Positions 57,759 to 64,000 of a stretch of DNA of 64,000 nucleotides are shown here, piece by piece. Numbering within the stretch: position 1 is the first letter of the stretch; each line of letters begins with the position of its first letter. A program made the translations under genes and the position numbers. This stretch comes from Trueperaceae bacterium (GTDB lineage: Bacteria > Deinococcota > Deinococci > Deinococcales > Trueperaceae). Location: assembly GCA_965215565.1 (NCBI GenBank), contig CBDCDZ010000004.1, positions 4,288,001 through 4,352,000 on the forward strand. The letters are read 5' to 3'. The notes under the pieces are model-generated. The model was given only the letters and a program-made list of their open reading frames with translations. It was not told the origin of the DNA and did no database searches.

Positions 57759-58299
57759 GCGAGAAGACGGACAGGTTCATCTCTTACTTATGGAAGCTAG
57801 ACCGCAAAGCCTTCGCCGAGCTGCGGCGCAGCCTCAGCGACGAACCGGGGCGCTCTATCCCTGCGATTCCTTACGTAGAGCGCTTCACCCTCGGTGAGCG
57901 CCGCTGGAATCAGCAGATGTACTACTTAGTGGCGGGGCTCTTTTGCCTTGTGGAGCGCCCGCTCGAGCAGAGTGCAACACCGCCCCCACCGCGCCAACAG
58001 AGCTTCGGCAGCAGCGTTGGAAGGCTCTACGTTCTTAAAGAGAAAAGCGCCAGCACCGAACGCCGCTTTATCCGGCTGCTCGACGCCGACGCGGGACAGC
58101 TCGCCGAGCGGCTTCGCCAGATGGTGTCTTTGCTGCGCTCCGAAGGCGTCGAAGTCGGTTGGTCGCGGCTTTTGAACGACCTGCTTTACTGGCACGCCGA
58201 CGACTGCAACATCCAGCACCGCTGGGCTCGAGAGTTTTACATGCAAGAAGCCAAGAGCGAAAGAGCATCCGAAACGGAAGAAGTGACAGGAGGAACCGC

Positions 58300-58303
<4 letters not shown>
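57755..58303 (+). CDS. cse2: Cascade small subunit Cas11/Cse2
   Basis: AELRRSL, STERRFIRLL, WSRLLNDL..W, WAREFY. Confidence 0.9.
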
Positions 58304-59438
<1,135 letters not shown>

Positions 59439-59442
<4 letters not shown>

Positions 59443-60071
59443 CGCACACGCTGTTACTTTGCTTGGCGGGTCCGCTCCAGTCGTGGGGCACGAAGTCCCG
59501 CTTCGACGAACGCGACACCGAACTCGAGCCCTCGAAAAGCGGCGTAATCGGGCTCTTATGTGCGGCGCTCGGCGTTGATCGGCACGAGGCGGAACCCGTT
59601 CTAAAGCTTGCCGAGATGCCGATGGGCGTTCGCGTTGACCGCGAGGGGGTGTTGCAGCGCGACTATCACACTGCTCAGAGAATTGACTATAGCGGTAGGG
59701 TGCGAGATACAGTCGTCTCGCACCGCTACTTCCTTTCGGACGCCGTTTTTCTCGTAGGTTTTGAGAGTGAGGATAGAAGTTTTCTCGCGGAGGTACAAGC
59801 GGCTTTGAAGAATCCACACTGGTCTCTTAGCCTCGGGCGCAAGTCTTTTGTGCCGTCACGCCCGATTTGGTTGTCCGACGGTCTTGTTCAGAAGAGCTTG
59901 GACGATGCCTTATGTCAGTATCCAAATCTCACGAACGAAGAGCCAGTGCGCTTAGTGCTCGAGAGTTCACGCGGCTCACTACGAACAGACCAGCCGCTCT
60001 CGAGCTTTCATGAGCGCCGTTTCGGTACGCGCTATGTTACGAGTGAGCCGTGGAGCCACCCATGTACTTGA
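59439..60071 (+). CDS. cas5: Cas5e/CasD
   Basis: LAGPLQSWG..RF..RDT..PSKSGVIGLL, DYHT, LGRKSF. Confidence 0.95.
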
Positions 60072-60787
60072 GCAAACTCGTCTTAAACCCTCGTGCTCAT
60101 CAAGTACGCCGCGATCTCACCAACCCCTACCAGACCCACGCCAGCCTCTGCTGGGCGTTTCGCAAACCTGAAGCGCTCTCAGAAGCCGAAACTGGAAGCT
60201 GGGAACGCGGCAAAACCGTGTATCCCTTTTTGTGGCGCTTGGAGCCGCCCCAGCCTCGCGCTGCACCAATCCTCTTAGTTCAGAGCGAAGTGGAACCTCA
60301 GTGGGACGTTTTCGCCGAGCGACACCCAAACTACTTTAGCCGAAAGGTCAAGGTAGGTAAGCTTCCCCTCGAGCACCTTGTACAGGGTCAAACCCTGCGC
60401 TTCCGTCTCAAAGCTAACCCGACCGTCACCAAGCGGCACGATGACCAACCCGATAAGCAGAAGCGCGTCGGGCTCTACAAGATGGAGGATTTACTCGGCT
60501 ACCGGAGTGATAACGGCGAATGGATACTTGGCTGGATTGAGCGGCAGAGCGACTTTGGCACAGAGCAGCGCGGCTTCGTGGTCGGCGCACAGGACGTTAT
60601 TTTGCGCAACACCGAGCGCTTGCGTTTTCATAAACATGAAGGAGGTCATCCCATCACCTTGCAGTCCGCGCTCTTCGACGGCTACTTGAAGATTACCGAC
60701 GTAGACCTATTCAAAGAGACGCTCGCTAAGGGCGTCGGCAAAGCCAAAGGGCTCGGCTTCGGTCTCCTCTCGGTTGCGAGAGCCTGA
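60062..60787 (+). CDS. cas6e: Cas6e/Cse3 endoribonuclease
   Basis: MYLSKL, H..L, FRLKANP, GVGKAKGLGFGLL. Confidence 0.93.
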   Translation: MYLSKLVLNPRAHQVRRDLTNPYQTHASLCWAFRKPEALSEAETGSWERGKTVYPFLWRLEPPQPRAAPILLVQSEVEPQWDVFAERHPNYFSRKVKVGKLPLEHLVQGQTLRFRLKANPTVTKRHDDQPDKQKRVGLYKMEDLLGYRSDNGEWILGWIERQSDFGTEQRGFVVGAQDVILRNTERLRFHKHEGGHPITLQSALFDGYLKITDVDLFKETLAKGVGKAKGLGFGLLSVARA

Positions 60788-61770
60788 TGCCCTCCTTACG
60801 CAACCTCCGCGAACTCCCCAAATTCCGCGACGGTCTCTCGTACCTCTACATCGAGCGCGGACGCATCGAGCAAGACGCTAAAGCCATCGCCTGGTACGGC
60901 GAAGAGGGCAAGGTGAGCGTACCCGCCGCCGCGCTGGGCGTCTTGATGCTCGGTCCCGGCACCAGCATCACCCACGAAGCCGTGAAAGCCTTGGCGGATA
61001 ACGGCTGCTTCATCAACTGGGTTGGCGAGGACAGCGTGCGCTTTTACGCGGGCGGCACAGGCGAGACGCGCAGCAGCGCCAACCTCATGCGCCAAGCGGA
61101 GTACTGGGCGGATAGTGGCAAACACCTTCAGGTAGTGCGGCGCATGTATGAGATGCGTTTTGAGGGTGGGTTAGAACCGGGGCTCACCCTCGAGCAGATT
61201 CGCGGCAAAGAGGGCGTGCGGGTGCGCACCATCTACGCCCAGATGAGTAAGGAGACCGGCGTCCCCTGGCACGGGCGCAGCTACAAACGCGGTGCTTGGG
61301 GCAGCGCTGACCCTATCAACCGCGCCCTCTCCGCCGGAGCCGCTTGCGTCTACGGCGTTTGCCACGCCGCTATCGTTTCAGCAGGCTACAGCCCCGCACT
61401 TGGCTTTATCCACACAGGCAAGCAACTCTCCTTCGTCTACGACATCGCCGACCTCTACAAGATGGAGGTGCTCGTACCCGCCGCCTTTAGACTCGTCGCC
61501 GAGTCAGACGAGCACGTAGAGAGCCGCGTTCGGCATCACCTTAGAGACGCCATGCGCGAGGCGCGGATGTTGGAGCGCGTCGTGAGCGACCTGCACAGCC
61601 TTTTCAGCAGCGACGCCGAGAGTAATGAACGCTTTGCCGAGGACGGCGCAGCACCGGGTGAGCTGTGGGACCCGAGCGGCAACGTGGAAGGAGGGGTGAG
61701 CTATGGTGGTGATGACGCTCGAGAAAGTACCGACGAGCCTACGCGGAGAACTGAGCCGCTGGATGGTTGA
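60787..61770 (+). CDS. cas1: Cas1 (type I-E)
   Basis: LGPGTSITH, RGKEGVRVR, GYSPALGFIHTG..SFVYDIADLYK. Confidence 0.96.
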   Translation: MPSLRNLRELPKFRDGLSYLYIERGRIEQDAKAIAWYGEEGKVSVPAAALGVLMLGPGTSITHEAVKALADNGCFINWVGEDSVRFYAGGTGETRSSANLMRQAEYWADSGKHLQVVRRMYEMRFEGGLEPGLTLEQIRGKEGVRVRTIYAQMSKETGVPWHGRSYKRGAWGSADPINRALSAGAACVYGVCHAAIVSAGYSPALGFIHTGKQLSFVYDIADLYKMEVLVPAAFRLVAESDEHVESRVRHHLRDAMREARMLERVVSDLHSLFSSDAESNERFAEDGAAPGELWDPSGNVEGGVSYGGDDARESTDEPTRRTEPLDG

Positions 61771-62056
61771 AGTTTCGACAGGCGTCTACGTCGGCAAACT
61801 GAGCGCTTTGGTGCGCGACCTCTTGTGGGAAAAGGTCACGAAGAGCAAACGCACCGGGCGCTGTTGTCAGGTCTACCGCACCAACACCGAACAAGGGTTT
61901 GCCATTCGCATGGACGGCGACTCGGAAAGGAGTGTCGTTGACCTGGACGGGTTATACTTAGTGGCAGTGAAAAACGCGGCGTGGGAAAAGATGTTTGTTG
62001 AACCTGCCGAGGACCATGACAGACCCGATGGAGACATAGAGGGGTCAAAACGCTAG
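61703..62056 (+). CDS. cas2: Cas2 (type I-E)
   Basis: VPTSLRGELSRWMVEVSTGVYVG..RDLLW, EQGF, VDLDGL. Confidence 0.93.
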   Translation: MVVMTLEKVPTSLRGELSRWMVEVSTGVYVGKLSALVRDLLWEKVTKSKRTGRCCQVYRTNTEQGFAIRMDGDSERSVVDLDGLYLVAVKNAAWEKMFVEPAEDHDRPDGDIEGSKR

Positions 62057-62076
62057 TTTTGCCGTCTGGGTCAAGT

Positions 62077-62465
62077 CTATTCCCCACAGGCGTGGGGATG
62101 AACCGAACCAATGGTGCGAATAGGCTCAACTATTCCCCACAGGCGTGGGGATGAACCGACACCGTGTGCGAAGAAACGGTGCATGATTTCCTATTCCCCA
62201 CAGGCGTGGGGATGAACCGTATAGACACTCGGACCCAAGCGGCGAAACATGCCCTATTCCCCACAGGCGTGGGGATGAACCGAGATGGATACATCCAACT
62301 GGCACATTCAGGACCTATTCCCCACAGGCGTGGGGATGAACCGCCTCTCTCTTCACCTTCAGTTTTTTGGCTAGCCTATTCCCCACAGGCGTGGGGATGA
62401 ACCGTAGAACTCGTCGATTTGCCCGATGTCCTTGCCCTATTCCCCACAGGCGTGGGGATGAACCG
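62077..62465 (+). CRISPR. type I-E CRISPR array 2: 7 repeats, 6 spacers (24, 32, 34, 32, 32, 32 nt)
   Basis: Repeat CTATTCCCCACAGGCGTGGGGATGAACCG. Confidence 0.97.
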
Positions 62466-62473
62466 CTGAATGA

Positions 62474-62509
62474 GAAAGCCCCTAGTTGGGCTAGGGGTCT
62501 TTTCTTTTT
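62474..62509 (+). terminator. intrinsic terminator after array 2
   Basis: CCCCTAG-ttggg-CTAGGGG followed by a T-rich tract. Confidence 0.75.
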
Positions 62510-62527
62510 GACTCAGTGGACTTTTCT

Positions 62528-62603
62528 TGGTGGAGCTGGGGGGATTCGAACCCCCGACCTCGTGAGTGCGATTCACGCGCGCTCCCAACTGCGCCACAGC
62601 CCC
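62528..62603 (-). tRNA. tRNA-Ala(CGC)
   Basis: GGGGCTGTGGCGCAGTTGGGAGCGCGCGTGAATCGCACTCACGAGGTCGGGGGTTCGAATCCCCCCAGCTCCACCA; G3:U70 pair, encoded CCA. Confidence 0.95.
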
Positions 62604-62658
62604 AGGCTTTAAGAGTCTACCGCGCTATTAGAGAGGCGTCAAGCTAGGGAGAACATAG

Positions 62659-62877
62659 TAGCAGGTATCATCTGGTTTGAGTGCGCGGAGCGATGCGAAG
62701 CAACAATCTCACTTTGAAAAGCAGTGTTCAGCACGCAAATTCAGAGATGAAATCCCGCTAGCTTCGCTGAGACCTTTGGCGTTGCCAAAACTTCCGTTTG
62801 CGTAGCCCTTACTTCGTGAAGCTTCGCGCACCTTCGGGAGAAGCGCTCATCCGTCTCAGTATGTTTTGGAATTGCTA
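62659..62877. repeat. dispersed element, copy F (expanded to ~220 bp)
   Basis: TAGCAGGTATCATCTGGTTTGAG..GCACGCA..AGATGA..[hairpin insert]..CCGTCTCAGTATGTTTTGGAATTGCTA. Confidence 0.8.
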
Positions 62878-62933
62878 AAGAATAGGGTCCTGCGTTCCTT
62901 CCCTTTGCCTCCGCTGACCTCTTAGTGCTCGAG

Positions 62934-63391
62934 CTAAGATACCTCTTCACGCTGCGCTAACTCCGCGAGCTTGTCGAACTGCTTCATTGTCCCGAGCGAG
63001 ATGAGGTGGTCTCCCGCGCTCAGCACGAAGTCTCCGCCTGGATTGCTGCCTTGTCTTCCACTTTGCGCCTTTCGTCCTGACCGCTGAGCTGCACCGCCAC
63101 GAGGTGTTCCATGACCGCTGTGGAGAGGTAAAAGAGGCTCGCGATGCCCGTCATCGCTACGACTACCGTAAAGATGCGCCCGACGCCGCTGAGTGGATGA
63201 ATTTCATTATAGCCCACCGTCGTGATGGTGATAAAGGTCATGTAGAGGGCGTCGAGCCAAGTGCCGCCCTCGCTGAGCCACAAGAGGTAGTAGCCGAACG
63301 TGCCGACGACGATGATGCCGACAGCCAGAACAATGGGGTACTTGAGACGACGGATGAGGTCGGAGAAGTTCGGTTCGTGAGCGTCTGGCAC
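62934..63391 (-). pseudogene. TrkA-domain potassium channel with internal deletion
   Basis: Pore TITTVGY intact; RCK/TrkA-N missing; TrkA-C tail NPGGDFVLSAGDHLISLG..LAELA follows out of frame. Confidence 0.7.
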
Positions 63392-63453
63392 GAGGGTATT
63401 ATCTCCCAAATCCGGTGGATGATACAAACCATTAGAGGTTGACGCGGCGTCCG

Positions 63454-64000
63454 CTACCAGTAGAGGTCATACCTCGTATTCTTACTTCGCACCTCGGCGT
63501 TCGGTTTTCGGTCTCCCAGTGTCGGCGCGCTGCGCGGGCGCTTCACTACGGCGCGCTTTCGGGCGCAGGTCAGTGCGGCATCTAAGACCTCAGCCGCGTC
63601 TTCGTCGCCACCTACCAATATCCGAAAGAGACGCATCTCCTTTTTCTGCAACGCGGACTTGTTGCCGTGCGGGTACATCGGGTCTAAGTAGACTACGTCG
63701 GGGCGCTCTGCGCCTGGCAGGGCGCGCATGACCTCGGCTGCCTGCCCGACGGTGAGCGACATGTGCGCGGCGACGGCGGACGTTTCAGGCTCCTGCCCGG
63801 CCCGCCGCAGCCCGTCCTCCAAAAGTGCCCCGACCACGGGCGACCTCTCGACGAGGTGGACGGTGCAGCCGAGCGTTGCTAGTACCCATGCGTCTTGCCC
63901 GAGCCCTGCGGTGGCGTCTAAAACGTGCGGCGCGTCGTCCGCTTTTAGGCCTACCGCCCGCGCCAGCGGCTGCTTCTTGCCGCCGCCGAACCGCCGCCGA
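63454..64000 (-). CDS. rsmJ: 16S rRNA m2G1516 methyltransferase (5' end outside window)
   Basis: LDATAGLGQDA, VYLDPMYP, KKEMR, AVVKRP, RYDLY. Confidence 0.88.
   Translation of the reverse strand, partial: RRRFGGGKKQPLARAVGLKADDAPHVLDATAGLGQDAWVLATLGCTVHLVERSPVVGALLEDGLRRAGQEPETSAVAAHMSLTVGQAAEVMRALPGAERPDVVYLDPMYPHGNKSALQKKEMRLFRILVGGDEDAAEVLDAALTCARKRAVVKRPRSAPTLGDRKPNAEVRSKNTRYDLYW

Noticed and set aside
61703..61770. 68-nt cas1/cas2 overlap as programmed frameshift or fusion
   Set aside because: cas2 has its own GGAGG RBS and ATG; overlaps are common in I-E operons
62528..62603. tRNA-Ala as attachment site of a CRISPR-carrying island
   Set aside because: No integrase and no duplicated tRNA 3' end were noticed in the window
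62164..62612. ORFs across the CRISPR arrays and tRNA
   Set aside because: Translations of repeats and tRNA sequence

Overview
GC-rich (about 60%) bacterial chromosomal DNA, very likely Deinococcota (Truepera-like). The evidence for this is many leaderless genes with a TANNNT box just ahead of the start codon, an SLH/porin protein, AddAB and splB-like genes; the taxon call is inference. Most of the window is housekeeping and accessory genes (lpdA, addAB, wbaP fusion, scpA, prlC, ctaG, rarA, ackA, glk, pgi, purND, malK, pilT-like, kynBU, tRNA-Ala, rsmJ). It also holds a cluster of decayed toxin-antitoxin modules around two tandem spore-photoproduct-lyase-family genes (41-46 kb) and a complete type I-E CRISPR-Cas locus (49.4-62.5 kb) with a WYL regulator and two arrays. 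The most unusual observation: array 1 has a perfect 11th repeat 1,086 bp beyond its 10th. This creates a gene-sized 'spacer' carrying a small operon (membrane coiled-coil protein, HTH protein, broken lipoprotein) and a 264-bp highly structured element, and a CopG-like antitoxin gene starts just after the orphan repeat. Also notable are an approximately 110-bp TAGCA...TGCTA dispersed element (8 copies, some with hairpin-rich internal expansions), a shared palindromic operator before cas3 and cas8e, and a strong excess of CTCGAG. All family assignments come from reading motifs by eye; no database searches were run.
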